64,000 nt of DNA from an uncultured Spirochaetota bacterium (GCA_963845535.1 CAWJSK010000013.1:1-64000), one strand, 5' to 3'. Positions 1-9,955 are shown, counted from the stretch's first letter. Translations and numbers: made by a program. Notes: generated by a model not told the origin, from the letters alone.

Positions 1-2
1 CG

Positions 3-380
3 ACTCCGCTCGATCTTGACGCTGACGGCAGGCCCGCCAGGGTAGGACGGCTTCGGCCCTTCCTGACACCGGGACACTCCCCCGGCCACGTTGTCTATGT
101 GCATGAAGATGACGGCGTGATGCTTGCGGGTGACCTTTTCACTTCGCGGAGGGGAAGGCTGCGAAGGCCCATCCCTCCATTTACCGGCGACATGGCGGAA
201 GCCATTCGGAGCAGCTCTGTTTTGGAGGTGGTACGACCACGGCAGCTCGAGGTGTGCCACGGAGACTCTTCGGTCATGAACCCGGCAGAACAGCTCCAAG
301 CGTACCTGAAGGAAACGCGGAACCTGGCGGAAAAGCGGACCTCTGTAAAAAGCCCAGGGTTGAGGCGTGCCGCTGAATAG
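3..380 (+). CDS. MBL-fold metallo-hydrolase, 5' partial
   Basis: Frame open from the window edge: TPGHSPGHVVY...AGDLF...VCHGD, the C-terminal MBL motifs. Confidence 0.8.
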   Translation, partial: TPLDLDADGRPARVGRLRPFLTPGHSPGHVVYVHEDDGVMLAGDLFTSRRGRLRRPIPPFTGDMAEAIRSSSVLEVVRPRQLEVCHGDSSVMNPAEQLQAYLKETRNLAEKRTSVKSPGLRRAAE

Positions 381-420
381 CGGGAAGACCATTGCGCATC
401 ATCGTCTTGATTTGACACGC

Positions 421-1509
421 ATGCAGCCTGAAGACATTCTGTCCCGACGCCTCTCCAGCCAACGTCTTGAGGGGCGCCGTTTTTCAGATCCGCGTGAGGC
501 GGTAGGATCGTTCTGCGCGGTCCAGGCACAGGATTTTTCCGGGGCTGCCTGGGCAGTATGCCAGCGGCTCAACCAGGTGACTGCGGCGGGTTTTGCCGGT
601 GCGTTCGATCATGGCGATATTTTGCGTACCCATGTCATGCGGCCTACCTGGCATCTGGTGGCCGCGGAGGATATCCGTTGGTTGACCGACCTGGCGCGGC
701 CCCGTTTGCTCCAATCGCTAGGCCATTACTTCCGTCAATTCAACCTTGACAAAAGAGCGCTTGGAAAAGCGAATGGTGTCATTCTCAAAGTGCTGGAAGG
801 CGGCAACCAGCTCACCCGCAGCGAGCTTGCGGCCTGCCTGGCCCGGAAGGGGATTGACGTACAAAACGGCGTCCGCGTTTCACATGTTCTGATCCACGCC
901 GAAGCCTCAGGGCTCATATGCAGCGGCGCGCCGCGGGGCAAGCAGCAGACGTACGCGCTTCTGGATGAGCGGGCGCCCCACGCACTAACGCTGGACCGTG
1001 AGGCGTCCCTGGCAGAGCTCGCCCGGCGCTATTTCACAAGCCATGGCCCCGCAACAGTTGATGATTACCGCTGGTGGTCCGGCCTCACAAAAGGTGAAGC
1101 GCTGGCTGGCTTGGAGTCGGTCAAACAGATGCTCCATCATGAGCGCGTTGATGGCCAGATATATTGGTTCGGGACGGACCGCTCCAAGGCGTCCTCCGTT
1201 CAGCTCCACGCCCACTTGCTTCCGAATTACGATGAATACGTAGTGGCCTACACGGACCGCGGCAGCTTGTTTGACCGTCGGCATACCACCCATCTCGACA
1301 GCCGCAGGAATCCGTTGTTCAATAACGTGCTTATCCTCGGGGGTAGGATAGCCGGCACCTGGAAGAAGACCGTGCGCCGCTCCAGTCTGACGTTGGAGCT
1401 CGCCATATTCGGGCGAATGACCGCTGAGGAACGAAGCAGTGTACGCGCCGCGGCCGAACAATACGCGGAATACCTACAGGTGCCCGATGTGACTGTAGTC
1501 GGCATGTGA
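421..1509 (+). CDS. AlkZ/YcaQ-like (HTH_42) winged-helix DNA glycosylase family protein
   Basis: AVQAQD motif, RTHVMRPTWH, HGPAT, LLPNYDEY; start uncertain (367 or 421). Confidence 0.8.
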   Translation: MQPEDILSRRLSSQRLEGRRFSDPREAVGSFCAVQAQDFSGAAWAVCQRLNQVTAAGFAGAFDHGDILRTHVMRPTWHLVAAEDIRWLTDLARPRLLQSLGHYFRQFNLDKRALGKANGVILKVLEGGNQLTRSELAACLARKGIDVQNGVRVSHVLIHAEASGLICSGAPRGKQQTYALLDERAPHALTLDREASLAELARRYFTSHGPATVDDYRWWSGLTKGEALAGLESVKQMLHHERVDGQIYWFGTDRSKASSVQLHAHLLPNYDEYVVAYTDRGSLFDRRHTTHLDSRRNPLFNNVLILGGRIAGTWKKTVRRSSLTLELAIFGRMTAEERSSVRAAAEQYAEYLQVPDVTVVGM

Positions 1510-1559
1510 GAAAGACGCCGCGCTGGCAACTGGCCTGAAAAAGGAGAGATCGTACCTAC

Positions 1560-2201
1560 ATGGAAAGCGGCAAAGCGCCGGTGAGAAGAAGCGCCCTACG
1601 CTCCAAGGAAACGCGTGATGCGATTCTGACAGCCGGGTCCAAGTTGTTTTCCAAGAAGGGCTACCACGACGTTACAATGCGTCAGATCGCGGTGGAGGCC
1701 GCGTGCTCTCATACCGCAATCTACCAGTACTTTGCGAGCAAGGAGATCCTGCTGTTCGAGCTCTCCGCGCCCCATCTGGAAAGGCTACGGCATGCGCTGG
1801 AGACGGTCAGGGACAACCAGGACATCGAGCACCGGGAGCGGCTTTCGCAGGTCGGCCTGAACTTTGTCAGCTTTGGCCTGGAACACCGGACACTGATGCG
1901 CGTGCTGGTGCAGGTTGAAGCGTCACGCGTGGACGAGATTTCCCCAGGAAGCCGCATAAACGAGTTCCGGCTGTCCATATTCGCCATAATCAAGTCAGTC
2001 CTTGCTGACGCGCTTTCCCTTGCTGCAGACGACGAACAGCTCTTGGTGTTCTCCCGAACGTTCTTTTATCTGCTTGAGGGCATCGTCATGACCTACGAGC
2101 TGTCCAAGGAATCCTCGAAAGAGCTTCTGAAACGGCTTCGCCCGACTTTCATCGCCGGCTTTGACGCATGCCTTTCCGGTTTTCGCGCGGAGATACGGTG
2201 A
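1560..2201 (+). CDS. TetR/AcrR family transcriptional regulator
   Basis: N-terminal HTH: LFSKKGYHDVTMRQIA...AIYQYFASKE. Confidence 0.9.
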   Translation: MESGKAPVRRSALRSKETRDAILTAGSKLFSKKGYHDVTMRQIAVEAACSHTAIYQYFASKEILLFELSAPHLERLRHALETVRDNQDIEHRERLSQVGLNFVSFGLEHRTLMRVLVQVEASRVDEISPGSRINEFRLSIFAIIKSVLADALSLAADDEQLLVFSRTFFYLLEGIVMTYELSKESSKELLKRLRPTFIAGFDACLSGFRAEIR

Positions 2202-2265
2202 TAATCTGCTTTGCATCAAAGACTGCATCGTTGCCCATCTCATCCGACCATTTCGACTTTTGCTG

Positions 2266-2343
2266 CTGGTGATCAATTACATAGCCGATTTTCTGGAGTG
2301 CGGCAGCAAGCACCTTCCCCGAGATACGGGGAAGTCTGCTCAG
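2266..2343 (-). pseudogene. hicA: HicA toxin N-terminal remnant
   Basis: CTG overlapping the hicB stop gives (M)SRLPRISGKVLAAALQKIGYVIDHQ, then loses similarity before the GSH motif. Confidence 0.6.
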
Positions 2344-2552
2344 ATATTTACCTCAATGACTTCTTCATCGATAGATGGCGGGATGGGGTCACCGTGTTTG
2401 CTGAGGCTTTCGAGGTAGCCCTTGATGGCATCACGGATATTTTCAAGCGCAAGGTCCCGGGTAGCTCCCTGGGAAATGCATCCTGGCAGGCTGGGGCATT
2501 CGGCCGTGAAAACGCCGTCTTCATCTGCACGCATCAGGATCCTGTATCGCAT
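2340..2552 (-). CDS. hicB: HicB family antitoxin (short form)
   Basis: FTAECPSLPGCISQGATRDLALENIRDAIKGYL. Confidence 0.85.
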   Translation of the reverse strand: MRYRILMRADEDGVFTAECPSLPGCISQGATRDLALENIRDAIKGYLESLSKHGDPIPPSIDEEVIEVNI

Positions 2553-2645
2553 CCACTTCTTCCGTGTTCCTTCCGCTAACATATTGCCCTCCATTTGCAG
2601 CGTCAAGGAGAACAATACGCCCTTAAGGAGCCGGCTGCTTGAGCC

Positions 2646-2885
2646 TCACGCCAGTTTGCGCACGCGCATGCCGCCGTCGATCCTGGTGACGCCGCTGCCT
2701 TCGTACGTTTTGTAGACGATGATGATGCGGTCCAGGTCCCGCCCCGCCAGCTCGTAGAGCTTCTCCAGGCCCAGCACCATGCCCGTGTGGCTGCCCACGC
2801 CAAAACCCAGCGGCGTAAAGGCGCCGTCACCCTCAGGCGCAGGGAAGTTCCGCAGGGAGAATGCGCCGTCTCCCGCCGCAATCAT
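2646..2885 (-). CDS. hypothetical protein or C-terminal gene fragment
   Basis: 79-aa ORF with GC-rich third codon positions and GGAGG upstream; no family recognised. Confidence 0.3.
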   Translation of the reverse strand: MIAAGDGAFSLRNFPAPEGDGAFTPLGFGVGSHTGMVLGLEKLYELAGRDLDRIIIVYKTYEGSGVTRIDGGMRVRKLA

Positions 2886-2965
2886 CCTCCCGCGCGCCGT
2901 CCGCTCTATAACCGCAAACTGCCCTGGATGATCTTGTTCTATAAGAGGTCGGAGAGGGTGCGCTC

Positions 2966-3142
2966 CTAGAAACCGTTCTTGACCAGAAGTTGCGTCTTCA
3001 GACTTTTCGCCTTCCGGATGATCTTGTCCACGACTTGTTTCTCAGCCTTGGGGTCTCTGGAGACATTGTCGAAAGTGTAGAGGTGCGATTTCCCTTTGAT
3101 TTGCTTTATCGAGACGAGGCCATTCTTCTTCACTGTCGGCAT
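2966..3142 (-). CDS. small basic hypothetical protein (58 aa)
   Basis: GGAGGG RBS before ATG; co-oriented just downstream of the TM-GAF gene. Confidence 0.55.
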   Translation of the reverse strand: MPTVKKNGLVSIKQIKGKSHLYTFDNVSRDPKAEKQVVDKIIRKAKSLKTQLLVKNGF

Positions 3143-3171
3143 TTCGCCCTCCAACCCTGTCAAAGCAGAAG

Positions 3172-3960
3172 CTACTTCGCCCTGAAGCGCCTGTCAAGGC
3201 GTTCTAGCATGGGCTTGCATTTGGTCAGTAGATGATCGGCGATTCGTTCTCCTACAGCGACACAAGTCCCGATGAACTTTTCTTCCCTGATTATGTCTGA
3301 CTGTTGGAGATCCGCAAGGACGCCGTCGAAATTCAACACGCCCAGAAAGTCGCGCCTACCGCCGACTTTCCCGAACACCGGGATGCTCAATACCCACAGG
3401 ATGTGGGTGGTCATGGCTATCTGCTCGGCGGAAAGATTCCACCGGGAGCGTAGCTGTTTAGCAGCAAGCTGGGTCTTGGGAGCGTAGACGGGCTTCCAGC
3501 ACTCACTCATCGGGTCACCCATTGCCTTCTCCCATGCGACTCCCGCGCAGCCTTGGCCTTTTGCGAGCTCCATCTGATAGTCTGGGAATGCTTTCATGTT
3601 GGCGCTGCAGAACATCTTCAACTTTTCGCCGATTCTCAGCATGACGTTTGCGCGGATGTGGTGCGTTGGCTCGCCATCGAACAGAATCGATATCGCCGAT
3701 ACAAGGATGTCCTCCAAATCGGCGACGCCCTCCCTTGCGGCTTGAGCAGTGAGCGCCTGCCCTGCCCGGTGCTCCGCTCTGGCGTAGGAGACGATGCCAG
3801 GGCTTGCCGCTAGAATAAGCGCGGCCGACTTTATGAGAAGACGAGCCAAATCAGATGCGATGGTCGCCTTGACGGGATCCGAATCAACTGCAATGGACAG
3901 CACAATGCCAACTAGTGCAACCGGAACGATGATGAAGAGTGTTCGTAATCCCTTGGACAT
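3172..3960 (-). CDS. two-TM membrane protein with C-terminal GAF-like domain
   Basis: Two hydrophobic N-terminal segments; GQGCAGVAW and VLSIPVF...LGVLNFDG GAF-type motifs. Confidence 0.65.
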   Translation of the reverse strand: MSKGLRTLFIIVPVALVGIVLSIAVDSDPVKATIASDLARLLIKSAALILAASPGIVSYARAEHRAGQALTAQAAREGVADLEDILVSAISILFDGEPTHHIRANVMLRIGEKLKMFCSANMKAFPDYQMELAKGQGCAGVAWEKAMGDPMSECWKPVYAPKTQLAAKQLRSRWNLSAEQIAMTTHILWVLSIPVFGKVGGRRDFLGVLNFDGVLADLQQSDIIREEKFIGTCVAVGERIADHLLTKCKPMLERLDRRFRAK

Positions 3961-4347
3961 TTTCGATCTTCCGCCTTTGGTCCGGGTGTTATTATGATGT
4001 TTCTCCTTGTTCATCAGGAGACGATGAGCTCGTCAACTTGTTTCAAATAGGGAATGTTGCCGGCCGAGATAGCGGAGCTTGGTCATTGCTTTCTCCAAGG
4101 CTTCTTTCTCCCTCAGTATAGCATACCGGTGTGAAACTCTTCCTGCTTGCGCCGGCGTCATGACCATAGGAAATGCGACTGGTCGCAGCTGGAGAACCTC
4201 CTGTATTCACTGCGGGGACGTTCGCAGACGAGGGTCACGGGGTGAATGTGCGGAGCGGCTGCGCGCCCGTCAAAGCCGGGTGCGCACCGCATCAGCGCTC
4301 GGCGAGCGCGAGTATGCTTTTGGCGTGCACGGCTTCCATGGATCCTT

Positions 4348-4572
4348 TCACGTAAGGCCCGCCTGCTCCATGCGAAACTTTAGGGCGTCTTGAGGCTCAG
4401 GTGGGTCGATGTGGTAGTGCTCATCCTCGTAGCGTTCGATAACGACGGCCAGTGCGTCCCTCTCATCGTATTCTGTGCTGCCCTTGGCAGCATCCAGCAG
4501 CTTCTCGAAGCTATCAAGCGCGGCCCTATAATCAGATTCATTTTTCAAGTCCTTAGGCGTGCTCATGGTCAT
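4348..4572 (-). pseudogene. HigA-like antitoxin, truncated before the HTH
   Basis: DYRAAL...VIERYEDEHYHIDPPEPQDALKFRMEQAGLT then TGA-AAG-GAT, where R-K-D would be expected; HTH absent. Confidence 0.7.
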
Positions 4573-4794
4573 ATGCCTCCGCGTCTATGGCATTATATCA
4601 TATTGCTTGTGCATCGCGAGCCGCATCGTCTCCCCTCAGACGCCGCCCCAGCTCACCGAGGGGGACGAGAGAGAGTGAAGCTGCTTTGAATGGCGTTGTC
4701 TATCGACAGGCAAGGTTCTCGTTGATTTCGTTGTGTCTGGGGACGGGCTAGGATTCAGTTTCCATTTGACCTTGGTTGAAATAGTCACTACCAT

Positions 4795-5136
4795 ATGGTT
4801 GTGGATTATTTGGGAACTACGTTTGCGGCATTGTCTGACCCGACCAGGCGGGCAATGATCAAGAGGCTCTCGCAAAGCCCCGCGTCCGTTCACGGATTGA
4901 CTGAACCGTTTGCACTCTCGCAGCAGATGATTTCAAAACACATTGCGTATTTAGTACGCGCACGGATAGTGAAGAAAACGAAGCGTGGGCGGGAGAGCGT
5001 GTGTACGCTGAGGCCAGAAGCGATAAAGGCCGTCAGCGACTGGGCGCTTGATTATCGCCGCTTCTGGGAAGAGAGCTTCGACAAGTTGGATGCAGTCCTG
5101 ACGGAAATGAAGAGGAAGGAGGCGAAAGATGGCTGA
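4795..5136 (+). CDS. ArsR/SmtB family regulator
   Basis: FAALSDPTRRAMI...ISKHIAYL...GRE; palindrome CACTACCATATGGTTGTG overlaps the start. Confidence 0.9.
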   Translation: MVVDYLGTTFAALSDPTRRAMIKRLSQSPASVHGLTEPFALSQQMISKHIAYLVRARIVKKTKRGRESVCTLRPEAIKAVSDWALDYRRFWEESFDKLDAVLTEMKRKEAKDG

Positions 5137-5605
5137 ACGGACAACCAATCTTTTGCAGAATCTTGTGATCACCAGGATCTTTGACGCCCCCCGCGAGTTG
5201 GTTTGGAAGGCGTGGACCGATCCACGATTCGTGATGCAATGGTGGGGGCCGAAGGGCTTTACATCACCTTCTTGCAAGATCGATCTTCGCGTGGGAGGGC
5301 GGTACCTCTTTTGCATGAGAGCGCCTGACGGTCAGGAGTTCTGGAGTGGCGGCGAATACGTGGAGATCATAGCGCCAGAGAAGATCGTCTCAGTTCTGTT
5401 CTACGCGGATAAGAATGGGAAAGTTGAACGTGCGGACAGGAATGATGTTGAAGTGCGCGATGTGGTGACTTTCGAGGAGATCGGAAGCGGCCAGACGAAG
5501 CTCACGTTCAAACGCAGTCACTGGGATGTCGGAGAGGATGAAGGCTCGAACCAGATATTCGACAAACTGGCAGTGTTTGTTGCTGAGCTGGCAAAGGCCA
5601 AATGA
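5129..5605 (+). CDS. SRPBCC/AHSA1 domain protein
   Basis: ITRIFDAPRELVWKAWTDP...WWGPKGF...DLRVGG. Confidence 0.9.
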   Translation: MAERTTNLLQNLVITRIFDAPRELVWKAWTDPRFVMQWWGPKGFTSPSCKIDLRVGGRYLFCMRAPDGQEFWSGGEYVEIIAPEKIVSVLFYADKNGKVERADRNDVEVRDVVTFEEIGSGQTKLTFKRSHWDVGEDEGSNQIFDKLAVFVAELAKAK

Positions 5606-5696
5606 TCTATGACTTGACGTTGTTCACGCCCCTGACTACTTTCGGGTTCAAGGCGCGGCGGATGAAAGGATGAAAGCGTCCATCGCGCCTGCCGTT

Positions 5697-6260
5697 ATGC
5701 GAAAGGTAATCCTTGATACCATAATCTCCGTTGACGGTTACTACACGAGCTCGAAGAACCAGATAGACTGGTTCGACTTCGCCCTAGAGGAGATTGACTG
5801 GTCCAAGGACATCCTCCGCAGAGTCGACACAATGCTGTTCGGCCGCGTCACTTACGAGGAGTTCCGAAGCTTCTGGCCCACAGCCACCCCATCCCCGGGG
5901 GGCTTCGACTCTGAAATCATCGGGCAGCTCAATGGAACCCTCAAGGTAGTTTTCTCACGCACGCTGGCAGATACGCCCTGGGAACCGGCGGCGTTAATAC
6001 GGGAGGACCCCGCTTCTGCGGTGGCCAAGCTCAAACGGGAGCCCGGCAAGGATATGGTAGTGGTTGGGAGCGGGACGCTCGCGTCAGCTCTGGTGGGAAG
6101 CGGTCTGGTGGACGAGTACCGCATTCGCACACGCCCTATCATATTGGGCGCTGGCAAACCCATCTTTGTGGACCAGAACGCGCGGCATAAACTCAAACTG
6201 ATATCCGCCAGGACGTTTCAGAACGGTGTTGTCGCATTGCATTATGACCCCGTGCACTGA
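5697..6260 (+). CDS. dihydrofolate reductase-like (RibD C-terminal) protein
   Basis: ISVDGY, LFGRVTY, GSGTLA, LVDEY, ILGAGKPIF. Confidence 0.9.
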   Translation: MRKVILDTIISVDGYYTSSKNQIDWFDFALEEIDWSKDILRRVDTMLFGRVTYEEFRSFWPTATPSPGGFDSEIIGQLNGTLKVVFSRTLADTPWEPAALIREDPASAVAKLKREPGKDMVVVGSGTLASALVGSGLVDEYRIRTRPIILGAGKPIFVDQNARHKLKLISARTFQNGVVALHYDPVH

Positions 6261-6272
6261 GGGGGGGCTCGT

Positions 6273-6688
6273 TCAAACGGCGTGGGCAAGTCCACGCTGG
6301 TGCGGGTCCTTGCGAGCGTGGTGCACCCTGACGCGACCGCCCAGCTTCGTTCTGTATTCCAACATCCGGTTGAGGGTGCCAAGAATCTGATCATACTCCC
6401 TCTTCTTGTCTTCCACCTCACGTATCTTTTGGCGAATCCATTCCATCACATCTCGATTCGTACGTACATGTGAATCCATGTCGTGGAGGACTTCCTTGAG
6501 CTCGGAGATCGAACAGCCGATGCTCTGGAACTTCTTGATGAGTCCCAGGCGTTCGATGGCCTCTTCCGCATAGTTGCGATAGTTATTGGCATCCCTGCGG
6601 ACCGGCTGTCCAGGAGGCCTTCCTTCTCATAGAAGCGAATCGTGTGGGCGGTCAGGCCCGACTTTTCCGCCAGCTCTTGAACCTTCAT
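6273..6688 (-). pseudogene. MerR family regulator, frameshifted near 6600
   Basis: MKVQELAEKSGLTAHTIRFYEKEGLL continues in another frame as RRDANNYRNYAEEAIERLGLIK; may be a sequencing error. Confidence 0.8.
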
Positions 6689-6705
6689 AGCGCTCCCGAT
6701 ATGTC

Positions 6706-6736
6706 TTGCCTTAGAGTACACTCTAAGGTTTACCTT
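6706..6736 (+). promoter_or_regulatory. MerR-type promoter/operator
   Basis: TTGCCT, 19-bp spacer, TACCTT, with dyad CCTTAGAGT-AC-ACTCTAAGG; divergent from merR. Confidence 0.8.
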
Positions 6737-6781
6737 CTGCAAGTATTCCACCGCTCAGGCTGCTTTCAGGAGGATTTCGAG

Positions 6782-7624
6782 ATGGTAGTTTTCGTAACAG
6801 GCGCAACGGGATATATCGGCTCCGCGGTTGTCAGGGAGCTTCTTCAAGCCGGCCATAAAGTTGTCGGACTCAGCCGCTCAGATCGGGGTGCTGAAAGGCT
6901 GAAGGAAGCGGGCGCGGAGATACGGCGTGGCAGCCTTGGGGACCTCGATGGGCTTCGAACCGCCGCCGCCGCGGCCGACGGCATCATTCACCTGGCATTC
7001 GACCATGAGGGCGCCTATTCGGATTTCGCCGCCTCTCTCAAGACCGATCTGCTTGCCATCCAGGCCATGGGAAGCGCCATCGAAGGCTCCGGCAAGCCGC
7101 TCCTGGTCACCAATCACATGAACGGGGAGGCATCCGAGAAGGCGGCGCTCTCTCTCAGAGGGGTCAGAGCGGTAGCCGTCAGCCTTTCCCCAAGCGTGCA
7201 CGGCCAAGGGGACAATCATGGCTTCGTGCCGAGACTCATCAGCATCGCCCGCACCAAGGGCTTCTCCGCCTATGTAGGAGACGGATCCAACCGCTGGCCG
7301 GCTGTCCACCGACTGGATGCGGCCAACCTCTACCGCCTTGCTTTGGAGAAGGCTCCGCACGGCTCTCGCTTGAGCGGTCGCGGCGACGAAGGCGTGCCTT
7401 TTCGGGACATCGCCGAAGTCATCGCCAAGAAGTTGAGCCTGCCGGCCAGAAGTATCTCTCGCGATGAAGCACAGGCCCATTTCGGCTTTCTTGGAATGGT
7501 TGCCGCGGCGGATATCCCGGCGTCTCACGGTTCCAGTGAGGAGACGCGGAAGCTCCTGAACTGGCGGCCGGTGCAACCGGGGCTTATCGCTGACCTTGAG
7601 GAGGGACACTATTTCAGAAACTGA
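6782..7624 (+). CDS. SDR family NAD-dependent epimerase/dehydratase
   Basis: VFVTGATGYIG Rossmann motif; GDGSNRWPAVHRLDAA. Confidence 0.9.
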   Translation: MVVFVTGATGYIGSAVVRELLQAGHKVVGLSRSDRGAERLKEAGAEIRRGSLGDLDGLRTAAAAADGIIHLAFDHEGAYSDFAASLKTDLLAIQAMGSAIEGSGKPLLVTNHMNGEASEKAALSLRGVRAVAVSLSPSVHGQGDNHGFVPRLISIARTKGFSAYVGDGSNRWPAVHRLDAANLYRLALEKAPHGSRLSGRGDEGVPFRDIAEVIAKKLSLPARSISRDEAQAHFGFLGMVAAADIPASHGSSEETRKLLNWRPVQPGLIADLEEGHYFRN

Positions 7625-8102
7625 GTCTCTTCCCGTCCACCCATGTCCTTGAGCATCTTGTCCACGATGGGCTGGGCAAACGGCCCGCCGTCACCGTCGG
7701 AGATGACCACGCCGTCTCCCAGGCCACCTCCCCAGGTTGCAACGGGGATCTTGGCCTTCTGCGCTGCCAGCACGCCCGCTCTGAGCGACGTTGTGGGGAA
7801 CACAAGGTCGATGATTCCCACCGCGCGGCGCCGCACGAAGTTCTGGATGGCGGAGTTGGCTTGGTCCGCGTTGCCGCTGGCGTTCACCACGCTGGCCTCC
7901 CAGCCTTTGACCTTGGCCTCCGCGGTGGCCCCGGCGATGACGGCCACCGCACGGCTTCGCCGTGCTAGGGGTCATTCACCGTGATGGACACCATGCCCAG
8001 CACCTTGGGCCCGTTGTTCCCGCCGCACGCGGCAAGGGAGAGGGCGAGGGCGGCCGCCGCGAGGGCCGTTAAGACGCTATATCGAAATGCGACTGAGCGC
8101 AT
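7625..8102 (-). pseudogene. sugar ABC transporter substrate-binding lipoprotein, disrupted and truncated
   Basis: GAGGAGG RBS, lipobox LAAC, stop and frameshift at ~7965, periplasmic-binding-protein segment ASGNADQANSAIQNFV; C-terminal half missing. Confidence 0.7.
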
Positions 8103-8226
8103 GATTGGAACCTCCTCAATTGATTGTGGAACGGATATATATGAAGGTCACGACGGAGAATATGCGGAGGGGCGGGGCGGCGGTCAAAAAGGGCCTGCTC
8201 CCGGAGCGGGCCCACCCGCTGCCTCT

Positions 8227-8395
8227 GGGCGTGCCCCGCACGAAAGGGCAGCGGGTATCGGACGCTGCGCCTCCAGGGTGCGCGCACGGCCTCCGCGCTC
8301 GGCGTGCGGGTCGGGCTGCTACGGGCTCCGCTTCGCTTCGGTCCTTCGGACCTCGGCGGGGCTTCGCCCCGCCTCGCCCTCCGCATCCCTCACGC
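8227..8395 (-). repeat. dispersed structured repeat, copy A
   Basis: On the minus strand GCGTGAGGG...GCAGCCCGACCCGCACG...GCGCACCCTGGAGGCGCAGC...CGTGCGGGGCACGCCC, shared with copies at 48.7 and 61.2 kb. Confidence 0.85.
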
Positions 8396-8495
8396 GGTTC
8401 GCGACAAACGGCCTGTCAAGCGCCCAGCGAGAGTCAGCGATCAGGTCATCATTGTGGTCGCGAACAACGATATGACTCGGGAGGTCCGCCACTCG

Positions 8496-9350
8496 TCAAT
8501 TCTGCCTGACCTGCAACCTAGAATAGAGAGGTTCAAGTCTTTTCTTTATGACGCCGAGAACCGCCGAGAGTTCGAGGTCTCCCAGTTTCGAGCGGCGGGT
8601 GAAACTCCCCCAGAGCAGCTGCGTAGCCTCTGAGCTTGCCAACCCAGTGGAGAAGACGGCCGGCCGTTCTTGAGTCGCAGTTTTCCTGCGCTCAAACGTA
8701 GCGCGTAGTGCGGACAAGATCTCTTCATCGGAGAGAGAAACGTGCTCCAGGATGAACCAGATGTCGTAGAAGTCTTTCATCCTGCTGTTAACGCTCCCGA
8801 GGGCAATCATGGTCTCGAACTTCTCGGCAACTACGGTAGCAAGGGGACATGTTGTGATTGCCAGCGTCTCGTCGAGCAGCCTTCGAAATCTCATATTCCG
8901 TGGGCCACCGTCTACTGCGTCGCCGAACCCAACATCGACTTGCAGGATATTTCGTACGGCACCGAGCCTTCCGGTCAGGTGCAAACGAACCCCGTGATAG
9001 TCCGCCTGTTCTGTTATGCGTTCGGAGCGGATCGACTTCGGATCGAAGGAAAGACCATCCCCAGACTCGATTGACGCCACCGTCGCGAAGATTTCGGCGA
9101 GCGCCCGTGGGTCGTTTGGGATCCCGTCGCCCAGAAAGTCGATATCCTTTGTCGAGCGCCCTACTGCCTGTTGATTGGCAAAAATGAGGAAGCCTCCTTT
9201 GAGAATGAGGTTCTTCGCATACGGAGATGCCGCAATCCGTGCCAGGAGTCCTTCCTGCATGTAGACAAGGCTTGCATATTGGAAAGTGATGCCTTTCTCT
9301 TTTGCTTTCGTTGCGAGCAAAGCGCGAATGGCTGCGGCGACGTTCTTCAT
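8496..9350 (-). CDS. abiEii: AbiEii/AbiGii nucleotidyltransferase toxin (type IV TA)
   Basis: LILKGG, RSTKDIDF, AEKFET, NSRMKDFYDI. Confidence 0.9.
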   Translation of the reverse strand: MKNVAAAIRALLATKAKEKGITFQYASLVYMQEGLLARIAASPYAKNLILKGGFLIFANQQAVGRSTKDIDFLGDGIPNDPRALAEIFATVASIESGDGLSFDPKSIRSERITEQADYHGVRLHLTGRLGAVRNILQVDVGFGDAVDGGPRNMRFRRLLDETLAITTCPLATVVAEKFETMIALGSVNSRMKDFYDIWFILEHVSLSDEEILSALRATFERRKTATQERPAVFSTGLASSEATQLLWGSFTRRSKLGDLELSAVLGVIKKRLEPLYSRLQVRQN

Positions 9351-9946
9351 ACGAGGATCTCAAGTGCCTGGCGAACAGGACCTGATATGCGAAGCTTCTG
9401 GGAATAGTCGAGCAGCCTGGGGATGTTCCGGGATCGGCGCCTCATGTATTCTCGCAGCGTAGCGGCTGCTACATCAGCGCCCAGGCGCCGTCGGAAGCGA
9501 AAGAGATCGCAGATCGTTCTTTCCGCGTCGTAAACTCGGATAGGCCCGCCCTTGCCCGTTCGCTCTATTAGCCCCAGGCCGAATGAATGAGCTGAGAAGT
9601 GATAGAGACGTATGGGAGGAAAACCTGGAGCTCGTACCTTCCGGCCCGATTTGACTGCAAGATAAACCTCAGGAGGCTCCCAGGTACCCAGCCGATGAAA
9701 CGAGAGTGCCGAACCAAGGCAGAGCACAGAACCGGGAACGGCGAGCAGAGCCTCCACGCGCTCGTCTCTTGTCTTGTTGCCGGAGAGCGTGTAGAGCCCT
9801 CGCCCTAGGCGCAGAACTTGGCCCTCCCGCTCCATGGCAGGCAGCACTGAGGGGTGGATGCCGATGGCTCGCAGGTTTTTAGATCTGGCATAGCCGCCCT
9901 GGCTTTTAATGGCCGAGACGGCCTTGTTCCATGCTTGGCTTCTCAT
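9347..9946 (-). CDS. abiEi: AbiEi antitoxin (type IV TA)
   Basis: RLGRGLY winged HTH, SALSFH, VYDAERTICDLFR; ATGA overlap with the toxin. Confidence 0.88.
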   Translation of the reverse strand: MRSQAWNKAVSAIKSQGGYARSKNLRAIGIHPSVLPAMEREGQVLRLGRGLYTLSGNKTRDERVEALLAVPGSVLCLGSALSFHRLGTWEPPEVYLAVKSGRKVRAPGFPPIRLYHFSAHSFGLGLIERTGKGGPIRVYDAERTICDLFRFRRRLGADVAAATLREYMRRRSRNIPRLLDYSQKLRISGPVRQALEILV

Positions 9947-9955
9947 TGCTGACCC

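Noticed and set aside
4250..4335. Additional copy of the structured repeat
   Set aside because: Only short similarities (GCGAGTATGC, GGTGCGCAC); the scaffold motifs are not recognisable
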